A stretch of 64,000 bases of DNA. Origin: Dehalococcoidia bacterium. GTDB taxonomy: Bacteria > Chloroflexota > Dehalococcoidia > Lucifugimonadales > UBA3495. The DNA lies in contig OZ244112.1 in the NCBI GenBank assembly GCA_965215675.1, positions 2,994,352 to 3,058,351 of the forward strand, read 5' to 3'. Positions 24,791-34,025 of the stretch are shown in pieces; the stretch's first letter is position 1; each line of letters starts with the position of its first letter. The notes under the pieces are model-generated. The model did no database searches, was not told the DNA's origin, and was given only the letters and a program-made list of their open reading frames with translations. Position numbers and translations under genes: made by a program.

Positions 24791-24997
24791 ATGACCATGC
24801 CCACGCTTGAAGAACTCAGGGAAGCCTTCCTGGCCGGCTTCGATTCGATCGACGAAGGTGAGGGGTTCTACCCGGGGTTCCACGCCTTCCTTAAATACCA
24901 CGGATACACCCTGCGCGAAGATATGCCCTGCACGTGCATTGACCACGGCGCCCACGGCCATCAGCCCGAATGCCGCTGGGTGAAAGACCGGGTTTAA
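24791..24997 (+). CDS. hypothetical small protein (68 aa) with C-x-C-x2-H-x3-H-x3-C cluster
   Basis: Internal ATG of track ORF 24677..24997, starting 9 nt after the previous stop. Sequence is MTMPTLEELREAFLAGF..CTCIDHGAHGHQPEC. Confidence 0.4.
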   Translation: MTMPTLEELREAFLAGFDSIDEGEGFYPGFHAFLKYHGYTLREDMPCTCIDHGAHGHQPECRWVKDRV

Positions 24998-25031
24998 AGG
25001 GCCGGGTTCAAAAGAAAGCGGGAGATCTGCG

Positions 25032-26705
25032 ATGACGAAACGGTTGGACGGCGGCGACGCCATCCTCGAGGCACTCCGGAACCTTGACGTAGATTACATC
25101 ATCTCGTCGCCGGGCTCGGAGTGGCCGTCAGTCTGGGAGGCCCTCGCTCGTCAGAAGGTGAATGAGCAACCGGGCCCAGCGTACATCAACTGCTGGCACG
25201 AGACGCTGGCGGTGGCAATGGCGTCCGGTTATACCCGGATGACGGGTCGGATGCAGGCGGTACTGCTGCACGCTGGAGTGGGGGTGCTGCAGGGGTCCAT
25301 GGGCATCCACGGAGCCTACCAGAGCGAGGTGCCGATGCTGGTGTGCTCGGGCGAGTCGACCACCTATGGCGAGGTGGCGGAGATGGACCCTGGCCCTCAG
25401 TGGCTGCGCAATCTCAGCATCGTGGGCGGTCCGAACCGGTTGGTGGAGCCGTTCACCAAGTGGAGCAGCCGGATCACCAGCGGGGCGACCCTGTATGAGA
25501 TTGTGGCCCGCGCGGGTGAGCTGGCGCAGCGAACACCCAAGGGGCCGGCGTTCCTGAACGTACCCATCGAGACGATGCTGGAGGAATGGACGCCAAAGCA
25601 GCCGCTGAAGCATCGTCCCGCCGCGCCTGTCAGCCATCCGGATCCGTCAGAGGTGGCTCGAGTAGCGGACCTGGTCTGCCGCGCCGCCAACCCGGTCATT
25701 GTGGCCGACTCTGCTGGCCGCACCGCTGCCGGATTCAATGCCCTGATCTCGCTGGCTGAATCGCGGGGCATTCCGGTATTCGAGGGCGAGGGCCCGGCGT
25801 ACAACAACTTCCCTAAGAGCCACCCTCTGCACCACGGGTACGACCTGCGGCGGGAGATGGAACGCTTCGACCTGTTCTTGGTGATCGGCAACCGGGCGCC
25901 GTGGTACCCGCCCAGCGCCGGGCCGGCGGCAACCGTGGTGATCATCGACGAGTACCCTGTCAAGGAGTACATGGTCCACCAGGACCTGCAGGCCGATCTG
26001 TACCTGGAGGGTTCGCTGCCGGTGACCCTGGCCGCGCTTGACGCCGCGGTGCGAGAGCGGAGCGACGAACCGCCCGCCCTGCCGCCGCACCCCAACCCCG
26101 TGTGGGAGCGCTACAGTGCGCTGGATGCCGCCGCGTCCTCTGCATCGCCCATCGACCCCGGTTTCCTGTGCAACACCATCAGCGAGACGCTGCCGTCGAA
26201 CACGGTCTTCGTAGACGAGACGATCCTGCACCGGGCCCAGATCCTGCGGCGCATTGCGTGGGACAACCCGCTGTCGTACCTGCGTCCCGCCGGCGGGCTG
26301 GGGCAGGGGCTGGGAATCGCGCTGGGCGCGAAACTGGCAGCGCCAGAGCGGCCGGTGACAGCGCTGATCGGCGACGGCTCGTTCCTCTACAACCCCATCA
26401 CCCAGAGCCTGGGCGTGGCGCGGGAGAGCAACCTGCCCATCCTGATCGTGGTGTTCAACAACGCTAGCTACGCCGCGATGAAGAGCCTGCACCACTCCTT
26501 CTACCCGGAGGGCACCGCAGTGCAATCTGGCATCTACTACGGCGTGGACATTCCGGGCCCCGACTACTCCGATCTGGCCAGGCCCTTCGGAGGTCACGGC
26601 GAGCGGGTGGAGGACCCGGCGCGGCTCAAGGGCGCGCTGCTGGAGGCGCAGGCGGTTGTGGACTCGGGACGAGTCGCCATCGTGGACGTGGCACTGTCGG
26701 CCTGA
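25032..26705 (+). CDS. thiamine-diphosphate-dependent enzyme (acetolactate synthase / benzoylformate decarboxylase-like)
   Basis: N-terminal Pyr domain (GGDAILEALRNLDVDYIISSPGSE..) and C-terminal TPP motif GDGSFLYNP..VVFNNASY. Confidence 0.9.
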   Translation: MTKRLDGGDAILEALRNLDVDYIISSPGSEWPSVWEALARQKVNEQPGPAYINCWHETLAVAMASGYTRMTGRMQAVLLHAGVGVLQGSMGIHGAYQSEVPMLVCSGESTTYGEVAEMDPGPQWLRNLSIVGGPNRLVEPFTKWSSRITSGATLYEIVARAGELAQRTPKGPAFLNVPIETMLEEWTPKQPLKHRPAAPVSHPDPSEVARVADLVCRAANPVIVADSAGRTAAGFNALISLAESRGIPVFEGEGPAYNNFPKSHPLHHGYDLRREMERFDLFLVIGNRAPWYPPSAGPAATVVIIDEYPVKEYMVHQDLQADLYLEGSLPVTLAALDAAVRERSDEPPALPPHPNPVWERYSALDAAASSASPIDPGFLCNTISETLPSNTVFVDETILHRAQILRRIAWDNPLSYLRPAGGLGQGLGIALGAKLAAPERPVTALIGDGSFLYNPITQSLGVARESNLPILIVVFNNASYAAMKSLHHSFYPEGTAVQSGIYYGVDIPGPDYSDLARPFGGHGERVEDPARLKGALLEAQAVVDSGRVAIVDVALSA

Positions 26706-26792
26706 CCGCATTTTTTAAGACCCTTCCCCAAGGGAACTCGGCCGTTCTTCGAAAAGCTCAGGAGGGCCGGGTTTTTGCGTGTCAGTCGAGCA

Positions 26793-27914
26793 CTAGCTGA
26801 AGCGGTCAGCGCGGAAGGGCTCCAAAGGTTCGGCTGCGCTGTCGAGCAGCCAGTTGGCGACCAGTTCCGCGGTGCCGGGGCTGAGCATGATGCCAACGGC
26901 GTCGTGACCGGTGGCGATGGTGAGACCGTCAACCCCGGGGACAGGACCGATGATGGGGCGTCCGTCGAGCGTAGCGGGGCGGACGCCGGCGCGGGCAGAC
27001 ACGAAGGCAGCATCGGCGAGCGACGGGAAGGATCTGAGGCCCCCGCTGATGAGGGTAGCGACGCCCTCTGCAGTGACCGTCTCGTCGGTGCGACCCTCCT
27101 CCCGCGTGGACGCCACCAGGATGTTGCCGTCGAGGCGGGGCACCACGTAGACGCTGGAGTTCCGGATGGGCGTTTGGGGCATGAACCCGGGACGCCGCAA
27201 CAGGATCCGCTGTCCCTTGACGCCGCGCACGGGCAGGTCCAGCGGGCCCCCTGGCGCTGCCCAGCGACCGCCGATACCGCTGCCGGGACCCGCCGCCAGG
27301 ACCACTTGGCCCGTGGCGATGCTGCCGGCGGTGGTCTCGATTCCCGTGATCCGGATTCCGTCGTGGTTCAGACCGGTTACCTCGGTTCGTTCGTAGAGCC
27401 TGGCGCCCAACCGGCCCGCTGCGTGGACCAGGGAGTCGCAGAATCGCTGGCCGCGAACGCATCCCTCGTGCGGAGAAAAGAGGGCGGCTAGGACCTCGGG
27501 ACTGGCCTCGGGTTCGCGCCGCAGGATGTCTTCCCGCTCCAGCCATTCCACCCCGAAGTCGAGTTGGGACTGCCAGCGGTGATAACTGCGCAGTTCCGCA
27601 ACCTCGTCTTCTCTGAATGCCACCTTCATCACGCCGTTCTGCTGAAACTCCGGGTTGACGCCGGCCTCGGTCAGCTCGGCGGCCCACTGGGGGAACAGTT
27701 CAAGGCTGCGCAGGCCGAGTCGTAACATGGCCGTGTCGTCGGGGTCGAGGTGCCACAACGGGCCGACCACGCCGGCGGTGGCACCGGAGGCCCCTCCGCC
27801 GAATACGCCCTTTTCCACCAGCGCGCACGACACGTTGCGCCTGGCGAGCCGCCACGCAATGGCGCATCCCATAACGCCGCCACCTATGATTGCTACGTCG
27901 ACCGATTCCGGCAT
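26793..27914 (-). CDS. FAD-dependent oxidoreductase (glycine oxidase ThiO / DAO family)
   Basis: VDVAIIGGGVMGCAIAWRLARR dinucleotide-binding motif in a DAO-like protein of about 370 aa. ATG at 27914 has a GGAGG SD; the track start at 27932 is a TTG. Confidence 0.85.
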   Translation of the reverse strand: MPESVDVAIIGGGVMGCAIAWRLARRNVSCALVEKGVFGGGASGATAGVVGPLWHLDPDDTAMLRLGLRSLELFPQWAAELTEAGVNPEFQQNGVMKVAFREDEVAELRSYHRWQSQLDFGVEWLEREDILRREPEASPEVLAALFSPHEGCVRGQRFCDSLVHAAGRLGARLYERTEVTGLNHDGIRITGIETTAGSIATGQVVLAAGPGSGIGGRWAAPGGPLDLPVRGVKGQRILLRRPGFMPQTPIRNSSVYVVPRLDGNILVASTREEGRTDETVTAEGVATLISGGLRSFPSLADAAFVSARAGVRPATLDGRPIIGPVPGVDGLTIATGHDAVGIMLSPGTAELVANWLLDSAAEPLEPFRADRFS

Positions 27915-28607
27915 GGGGAGCGCCTCCAACAAAGATCGCGCGAGTGTAGGTTCAGTTCAAGGAGACTGTCAATGAGGGATACTTGGCGTCCGATAGCGTT
28001 CCACCTCAGGTGATTTGCGGGCTTGTGAGCGGTCGTAGCCGTGAGGCATGTCCCGGTGGGGCATTTCCCTCACAGAACAAGGGATCGAGGCCCGAAATGC
28101 CGTATGCCCCAGTTTCCGTTGCAACATCCCCGTCTCGCCCTTTGACTCTCTCGTCTGACAACTGACAGTAGCCCCTTGCCAAGCCTCATGACGCCTCTCT
28201 GCCATTGAATCCGGCGGACCCAGAGGTCAGCGATTCCAGCACCGCGGCCAACACATAGATTGCATCAATGCCAGGCGGCCCCGACCTCAGCCCCGACACA
28301 CTTCACCCCGGCGCAGAGCCTGTCCTCAAACAGCCACGGGGATAGGCGAGGCCAACGCCTGGGAAAGTGGCAAAGAGCACAGATATGCACAAAATTGCAC
28401 ACATCTCACCTCCTCATTTGGCCTCAACCCGAATTGCGGCACCCCCGCAGGGAAGTGGAAATCATGGGTCCCGCCCCTATGTCGGTCAAAGCCAGGACCA
28501 CTTCCATCGATGGTAGTGCCAGCAGCAGGGACCGGGCTGTCTTGGGGAGTGCCTAGATTGTCAGCGTACCGTCCTTCTGCTAGGCTTTCGCGAAAAGCGG
28601 GGACGGA

Positions 28608-29381
28608 ATGAGGCAGGGTAGAACAACCAGAGTAGACCTGTTTGCGACGTGCATCGTGGACCAGCTATTTCCGGATGTGGGGGTTAGCGTGGTGCGGGTG
28701 CTGCGGCGCCTTGGGGTAGAGGTGGGATATCCCGAGGGACAGACGTGCTGCGGGCAGGCGCTGTACAACTCGGGGTACCGTCGGGAAGCGCGTGAGATGG
28801 CGGTGCGGACGCTGGGAGAATTCGGGGACAGCGAGTACGTGGTGGTGCCGTCAGGGTCGTGCGCCGCAATGATGCGGGTGTTCTACCTCGACCTCTTCGA
28901 GGACGAACCGGAGATGCTGCGGCGGGCGGTGGCGATGTCGCACCGGGTGTACGAGTTCTCCGAGTTCTTGGTCAAAGTGCTCGGCGCGAACGACACAGCG
29001 GAGAGCGAGTCCGGGATCAGCGGCGGGTTCAAGGGGCAGGGAAGCGCGGCATTTCATCACGGGTGCCACCTGCTGCGGGAGATGGAAGTGCGGGACGAGC
29101 CGCGGGCGCTGCTGGGAGCGGTGGAGGGGCTGGAGGTGAGGGAGCTGCGGGACGCGGAAACGTGCTGCGGGTTCGGCGGGAGCTTCTCGGTCAAGCTGCC
29201 GCACATCTCAGAGGGGATGCTGGCGGACAAGGTGGCGAGCGTGCGGGAGTCGGGGGCGGACACGCTGGTATCGTGCGATATGAGCTGCCTGATGCACATT
29301 GGCGGGGCGCTGCGTCGCGAGGACCCTGACATCAAGATTCGCCACATCGCGCAGGTGCTGGACGAGGGCAGCCGGGGGTAA
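28608..29381 (+). CDS. lutA: L-lactate utilization protein LutA ((Fe-S)-binding CCG-domain oxidoreductase)
   Basis: VDLFATCIVDQLFPDVG..GYPEGQTCCGQALYNSGY..CCGFGGSFSVK closely parallels B. subtilis LutA (from memory). Confidence 0.9.
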   Translation: MRQGRTTRVDLFATCIVDQLFPDVGVSVVRVLRRLGVEVGYPEGQTCCGQALYNSGYRREAREMAVRTLGEFGDSEYVVVPSGSCAAMMRVFYLDLFEDEPEMLRRAVAMSHRVYEFSEFLVKVLGANDTAESESGISGGFKGQGSAAFHHGCHLLREMEVRDEPRALLGAVEGLEVRELRDAETCCGFGGSFSVKLPHISEGMLADKVASVRESGADTLVSCDMSCLMHIGGALRREDPDIKIRHIAQVLDEGSRG

Positions 29382-29443
29382 CCGGGGCCCTCGATTCCTA
29401 CTTTGGCGGGAATACGGGTTTAGGGTAATGCGAGAATGACGAT

Positions 29444-30925
29444 ATGCCGGAAATAAAGACGAGCCAGTTCGTGACGGCGTCGGCGTCGGCAATGCTGGAC
29501 CCGAAGCTGCGGCGGGCGTTGGACCGCGTGGGGTCTGGGTTCGACGTGGCGCGCCGCAACGCCATCGAGGAGGTCTCGTCGGAGGCGTGGGAGGAATGGC
29601 GGGAAGAGGCCCGGCAGATCAAGATCCACACCCTCGACCACCTCGACTATTACCTGGAACTGCTGTACGACAACGTAACCGCCGCCGGAGGGCAGGTCCA
29701 CTTCGCTGCCGACGCCGCCGAGGCCAACGCCATCGTGGGCCACCTGGCCCAGAGCCGGGGCGTCAAGGTGGCCACCAAGAGCAAGAGCATGGTGTCGGAG
29801 GAGCTGGAGCTGAACCCGGTGCTGGAGTCGCTGGGGATCGACGTCTACGAGACCGACCTGGGCGAGTACATCATCCAGCTCGCGGAGGAGACGCCGTCGC
29901 ACCTGGTTGCTCCGGCTCTGCACAAATCGAAAGAGGACGTGGCCGAGCTGTTCGCCGACAAGCTGGGCTTGCCGTACAACGAGGACATCGAGGTGATGGC
30001 CGCCGCGGCGCGGGTGGCATTGCGCGACAAGTTCATGCAGGCCGACCTTGGCATCAGCGGGGCCAACTTCGTGGTCGCCGAGACCGGGACGCTGGTGATC
30101 GTCACCAACGAGGGCAACGGGCGGCTCTGCACTTCGGCGCCGAGGATGCACATCGGCATCACGGGGATGGAAAAAGTGATCCCGTCGATGCAGGACCTGG
30201 CGGTCTTCCTGCGGCTGCTGCCCCGCTCCGCCACCGGGCAGCGCATTTCCAGCTACGTCAGCATGATCACCGGCCCGCGCCGGGAGGACGACGAGGACGG
30301 GCCGGAGGAGTTCCACCTCGTCCTGGTGGACAACGGCCGCTCCAGGATGCTGCGAGACCCCAAGCTGCGTGAAGCGCTGTACTGCATCCGCTGCGGGGCA
30401 TGCCTGAACATCTGCCCGGTGTACCAGCGGGTCGGCGGGCACGCCTACGGCTGGGTGTATCCCGGCCCCATCGGGGCGATAGTGTCGCCGATGCTGACCG
30501 GGCTCAAGGAATCGAAAATGCTGCCCCAGGCCTCCAGCCTGTGTGGCGCGTGCCGAGAGGCCTGTCCTGTCAAGATCAACATCCCGCGCATGCTGCTGGA
30601 GCTGCGCCACAGGACAGCGGAGAGCGAGGACCCGGCGGAGCGGGCATCATCCGGATCGGAGCGGTTCCTGGCGAGGATGTATTCCCGGCTGATGAGAAGT
30701 CCGGGGCGAATGGGATTCGCGGCGAGCATGGGGCGAATCGCGCAGAAGCTCGTGCCGGGGATGCCGAGGCGCGACGGCTGGATCAGGCGGGCGCCGCTTC
30801 CCCTGCTGTCCCGCTGGACCAGGGCACGGGACCTGCCGGAGCTGCCGCCCAAGTCCTTCCGGGACATCTGGCGGGATGAGCTTGGCGGCGAGGGCCGCAA
30901 CGGCGGAAGCCATGGCGACCGTTAA
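29444..30925 (+). CDS. lutB: L-lactate utilization protein LutB (4Fe-4S ferredoxin-type, LUD domain)
   Basis: CIRCGACLNICPVY and CGACREACPV cluster motifs. Size and position between lutA and lutC also fit. Confidence 0.9.
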   Translation: MPEIKTSQFVTASASAMLDPKLRRALDRVGSGFDVARRNAIEEVSSEAWEEWREEARQIKIHTLDHLDYYLELLYDNVTAAGGQVHFAADAAEANAIVGHLAQSRGVKVATKSKSMVSEELELNPVLESLGIDVYETDLGEYIIQLAEETPSHLVAPALHKSKEDVAELFADKLGLPYNEDIEVMAAAARVALRDKFMQADLGISGANFVVAETGTLVIVTNEGNGRLCTSAPRMHIGITGMEKVIPSMQDLAVFLRLLPRSATGQRISSYVSMITGPRREDDEDGPEEFHLVLVDNGRSRMLRDPKLREALYCIRCGACLNICPVYQRVGGHAYGWVYPGPIGAIVSPMLTGLKESKMLPQASSLCGACREACPVKINIPRMLLELRHRTAESEDPAERASSGSERFLARMYSRLMRSPGRMGFAASMGRIAQKLVPGMPRRDGWIRRAPLPLLSRWTRARDLPELPPKSFRDIWRDELGGEGRNGGSHGDR

Positions 30926-31670
30926 CTCCGGGGGAATGCCGGGGCGCCCCAAGGCCGAGTTCCTGCGCTCGGTAAGGGATGCGCTGGGTAGAGTCGAGGG
31001 GCCGCCGGAGCACCCGTATCACCGGCTGGAAGAGGAGCTTGATACCCTCGAGGAACGGGCCACCGAACTGGAAACGCGGCTGCGGGAAAACCGCCCGCAA
31101 CTGCTGGACCGATTCGTCGAAATGGCGGCCAAGGGCGGCTGGAATGTACACCGCGTTTCTGGGGCGGAGGCGGCCGTCGGGCAGGTCGATTCCATCATCG
31201 GAGAATTGGGCGCAACCCGCATAGTCCGCTCCGGGCAGCCGGTGTTCGACGATCTGCCGGTGGACACCGCGCTGGATTGGCGGGGCATCGAATTGGTTCC
31301 GGTCGTCAGGGACAGCTTGACCACCCGGGAGGAGTTGCGGGAAAAGATGCGCCATGCCGACGTCGGCCTTACCGGGACCGACTACGCCCTTGCTGAAACC
31401 GGGTCGCTGGTCATTATGCCCCGGCAGGGACTATCGCGGCTGGTCTCGCTGGTGCCGCCGGTGCACGTGGCCCTGGTCCGACCTGAGGAGGTGCTGGAGA
31501 GCCTGCATGACCTCTTCCTCCTGCGCCGCCTGGAGTACAAGCGCCGCGGGGGCGAGATGGGCAGCTACCTGAACTTCATCACCGGGCCCAGCCGCACCGC
31601 CGACATCGAGATGACCATTGTGCAGGGCGTACACGGGCCTCGCGCAGTGCATATGATATTGGTCGAATAG
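30912..31670 (+). CDS. lutC: L-lactate utilization protein LutC (LUD domain)
   Basis: LUD-domain pattern ..GLTGTDYALAETGSLVI... The start is either 30912 (ATG) or 30876; both overlap the lutB end. Confidence 0.8.
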   Translation: MATVNSGGMPGRPKAEFLRSVRDALGRVEGPPEHPYHRLEEELDTLEERATELETRLRENRPQLLDRFVEMAAKGGWNVHRVSGAEAAVGQVDSIIGELGATRIVRSGQPVFDDLPVDTALDWRGIELVPVVRDSLTTREELREKMRHADVGLTGTDYALAETGSLVIMPRQGLSRLVSLVPPVHVALVRPEEVLESLHDLFLLRRLEYKRRGGEMGSYLNFITGPSRTADIEMTIVQGVHGPRAVHMILVE

Positions 31671-31717
31671 TCGACCCTGGTCTACTGGCCACCGAAAATC
31701 GCTGAGGGGTTCTGAAA

Positions 31718-32059
31718 ATGCCAATGCGCGTGGGCTTTGCCCAATTCCGCAAGCAGATGCTTGAGCGGGAACTGGAGAGCATCCAGGAGGTCCTGCCCAT
31801 GCTCGGGGTGGAAAAGGTCATCCTGACTGGCGAGGTCGCGGCGGGCGAGTACACGCCGGAGAGCCGAATAGAGCTCATCGTGGTGCACGATACCGATCGG
31901 CCCTTCGGCAGGCGCTCAGACTTCTTTTCATACCACCTTGGAAGTTCGGTGGAAATTGACACCCAGGTCTACACCCCCGAGGAATTCGAGAATCTGAAGG
32001 ATGTTTTGCCGGCGTTGCGGCGTGCTTGTGCCGAAGGAAGGGAGATTTTTAATGCCTGA
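31718..32059 (+). CDS. MNT-type nucleotidyltransferase-domain protein (antitoxin-like partner of HEPN), degenerate active-site motif
   Basis: 113 aa. ..[26 protein letters not shown].. aligns to the minimal-NTase G-S-x(10-13)-D-x-D segment but reads G-E..R-I-E. It overlaps the HEPN gene by 8 nt. Confidence 0.65.
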   Translation: MPMRVGFAQFRKQMLERELESIQEVLPMLGVEKVILTGEVAAGEYTPESRIELIVVHDTDRPFGRRSDFFSYHLGSSVEIDTQVYTPEEFENLKDVLPALRRACAEGREIFNA

Positions 32060-32453
32060 TTACCTGTCTGAGGGCGCACGCTGGTTGCGGCAAGCCGAGA
32101 AGGATCTGGAGGATGCCAGGTTTCTGCGGGACAACGGGCGGCACAATCTGGCCTGTTTCCAGGGGCAGCAGGCGGCCGAGAAAGCGGTCAAGGCCTACCT
32201 GTACCACAAGCGGGTGGAGGACGTCTGGGGACACTCGCTGCTGGACCTTTGCGAGGATGCCAAGCTCTTCGACATGATGTTCGACACGGTTAAAAGCGAG
32301 GCGAGGCAGCTCGACAAGTACCACTACATCACGCGGTACCCTGAGTTCCTGCCAAGCGGTGCCAGCTTCGAGGCCTTCGACGAGGTGGACGCTGATCGCT
32401 CCATCGATCTCTCGAACCTGGTGCTGGAATTCGTTAAAGAGCGAATGGCCTGA
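32052..32453 (+). CDS. HEPN domain protein (toxin-like RNase of a HEPN-MNT pair)
   Basis: ..[29 protein letters not shown].. and [14 protein letters not shown] (R-x5-H followed by RYP), typical of HEPN. Confidence 0.75.
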   Translation: MPDYLSEGARWLRQAEKDLEDARFLRDNGRHNLACFQGQQAAEKAVKAYLYHKRVEDVWGHSLLDLCEDAKLFDMMFDTVKSEARQLDKYHYITRYPEFLPSGASFEAFDEVDADRSIDLSNLVLEFVKERMA

Positions 32454-32614
32454 GGACAACGGTTTCAGGTTAACGCGCCGCCAGTGCCCCGCCAGTGACC
32501 TTGGTTCCCAGCAGAGCCGGCGAGAACATCATTCAGTGGTTGACTCTATGACCCGGCTTCACAGTTCGGGCTGGACAGTTGACAGCGGCCTGCAGGTCCA
32601 ACAGTGCGCCGGGT

Positions 32615-33757
32615 TCAGGGCATCCGTTTTCCTGTCAGTATGAGCCGGAGGGTGTGCTCGGCGGCCGCCTCCAGCAGTTCGGCGGTCCGGGACAGGGAAA
32701 CGTCGAAGGTCATCGGGCGGTCAGCGATGCTGACGACGGCCGCCAGACCGTGGTCGTACAGTTCTTCGTACCCAGCACCCAGGCCGCCAGCCAGCAATAC
32801 CGTCGGAACGTCGTGGGCCCGAGCGTGGCGGGCGACTCCCACGGGGGCCTTGTTAAAGATGGTCGAATGGTCGGCGCGGCCTTCACCGGTAATCACCAGG
32901 TCGGCGCCATCCAGCAGTGAGTCAAAATCGATGACCTCGCAGACCATGTCGATTCCTGATTGCAGCGTGGCGCCGGTGAAGGCCATGAGGCCCGCCCCCA
33001 AGCCTCCCGCCGCCCCCGCGCCCGGTTGCTCCGCCACGGCACGCCCGAGATCGCGGGAGACGACGCGGGCGTAGTTGGCCAACGCGGCGTCGAGCTCCTG
33101 TACCATGTCAGGGTTCGCGCCCTTCTGTGGGCCGAATACAGCAGACGCACCATCCGGGCCGCACAACGGGTTGGTAACGTCGGTGGCAGCGATTACGGTT
33201 GCCTCACTGAGCCTGGGATGCAGACCATTGACCTCGATGCGAGCCAAGCGAGCCAAAGCGCTGCCACCTGAGGCAAGGGGATTCCCGGCAGCATCCAGGA
33301 AACGAGCTCCCAGCGCCGTGGCCATCCCAGCGCCGCCATCATTGGTGGCGCTCCCGCCGAGACCGACGATGATGCGCGTGTAGCCCCGGTCAAGGGCTTC
33401 CCTCAAAATCTCGCCGGTGCCGGCAGTGGTTGTGACCCGCGGGTTGCGACGGCGTTGGGGCACCAGGGCGAGACCCGACGCCAGCGCCATCTCTATCACA
33501 GCAGTCCGCCCATCTCCCATTACGCCCCACTGGGCGTCAATCGGCTGGCCCAATGGCCCGGTTACGGTGCTCGTGAACACTTCTCCACCAGTGCCGTCAA
33601 CCAGCGCATTCATCGTCCCGTCGCCGCCGTCGGCAACGGGGGCTAGGACCGTTTCGGCGTCCGGAACGGCGGCAGCAACGCCGCGAGCGATGGCGCGGGC
33701 GGCATCCATTCCCGAGATGCCCGCCTTGAATCCCTGCGGAGCTATGACGATCTTCAT
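32615..33757 (-). CDS. glycerate kinase
   Basis: MKIVIAPQGFKAGISG.. N-terminus, plus GGSATNDGGAGM and LVITGEGR motifs of the glycerate kinase family. Confidence 0.9.
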   Translation of the reverse strand: MKIVIAPQGFKAGISGMDAARAIARGVAAAVPDAETVLAPVADGGDGTMNALVDGTGGEVFTSTVTGPLGQPIDAQWGVMGDGRTAVIEMALASGLALVPQRRRNPRVTTTAGTGEILREALDRGYTRIIVGLGGSATNDGGAGMATALGARFLDAAGNPLASGGSALARLARIEVNGLHPRLSEATVIAATDVTNPLCGPDGASAVFGPQKGANPDMVQELDAALANYARVVSRDLGRAVAEQPGAGAAGGLGAGLMAFTGATLQSGIDMVCEVIDFDSLLDGADLVITGEGRADHSTIFNKAPVGVARHARAHDVPTVLLAGGLGAGYEELYDHGLAAVVSIADRPMTFDVSLSRTAELLEAAAEHTLRLILTGKRMP

Positions 33758-34025
33758 TCTTGGCTCTTACCCGTCCGGCCAGGAACGGTTTTGGGGTGCC
33801 GGGGACGCTCAATAAAGGTCGACGACCTCTGCGTCCCGCGATTATACACCGGCGGTTTTTAAACACTATTGTGTTATAGTGCTACAGTCGCCAATGGGCC
33901 CGTTGGTTGAAGAGCCGTGCCCAGAATCAATCAAAGATACCATCGTGCGCTTCCCGTTTTCCTGCTTTGATTCGCTGTCAATGTCTTGGCTTGCGCGCCT
34001 TTATTTCATGTCGGGAGTTGAGTTT

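Noticed and set aside
27915-28200. Glycine riboswitch upstream of the ThiO/glycine-oxidase-like gene.
   Set aside because: The reverse-complement leader lacks the conserved GGAGAG..CACCG..GGGCAA type core elements as far as I can judge by eye. It would need a covariance-model scan to be sure.
28186-28404. Reading the mini-ORF's in-frame TGA (28303-28305) as a second selenocysteine codon.
   Set aside because: I could not find a convincing hairpin within about 40 nt downstream of the TGA on the minus strand. There is also no redox motif around it.
30876-30911. Longer lutC start at 30876 listed in the track.
   Set aside because: Both starts are possible. The extra 12 residues (MSLAARAATAEA) lie fully inside lutB and add nothing family-like, so 30912 was preferred with low certainty.
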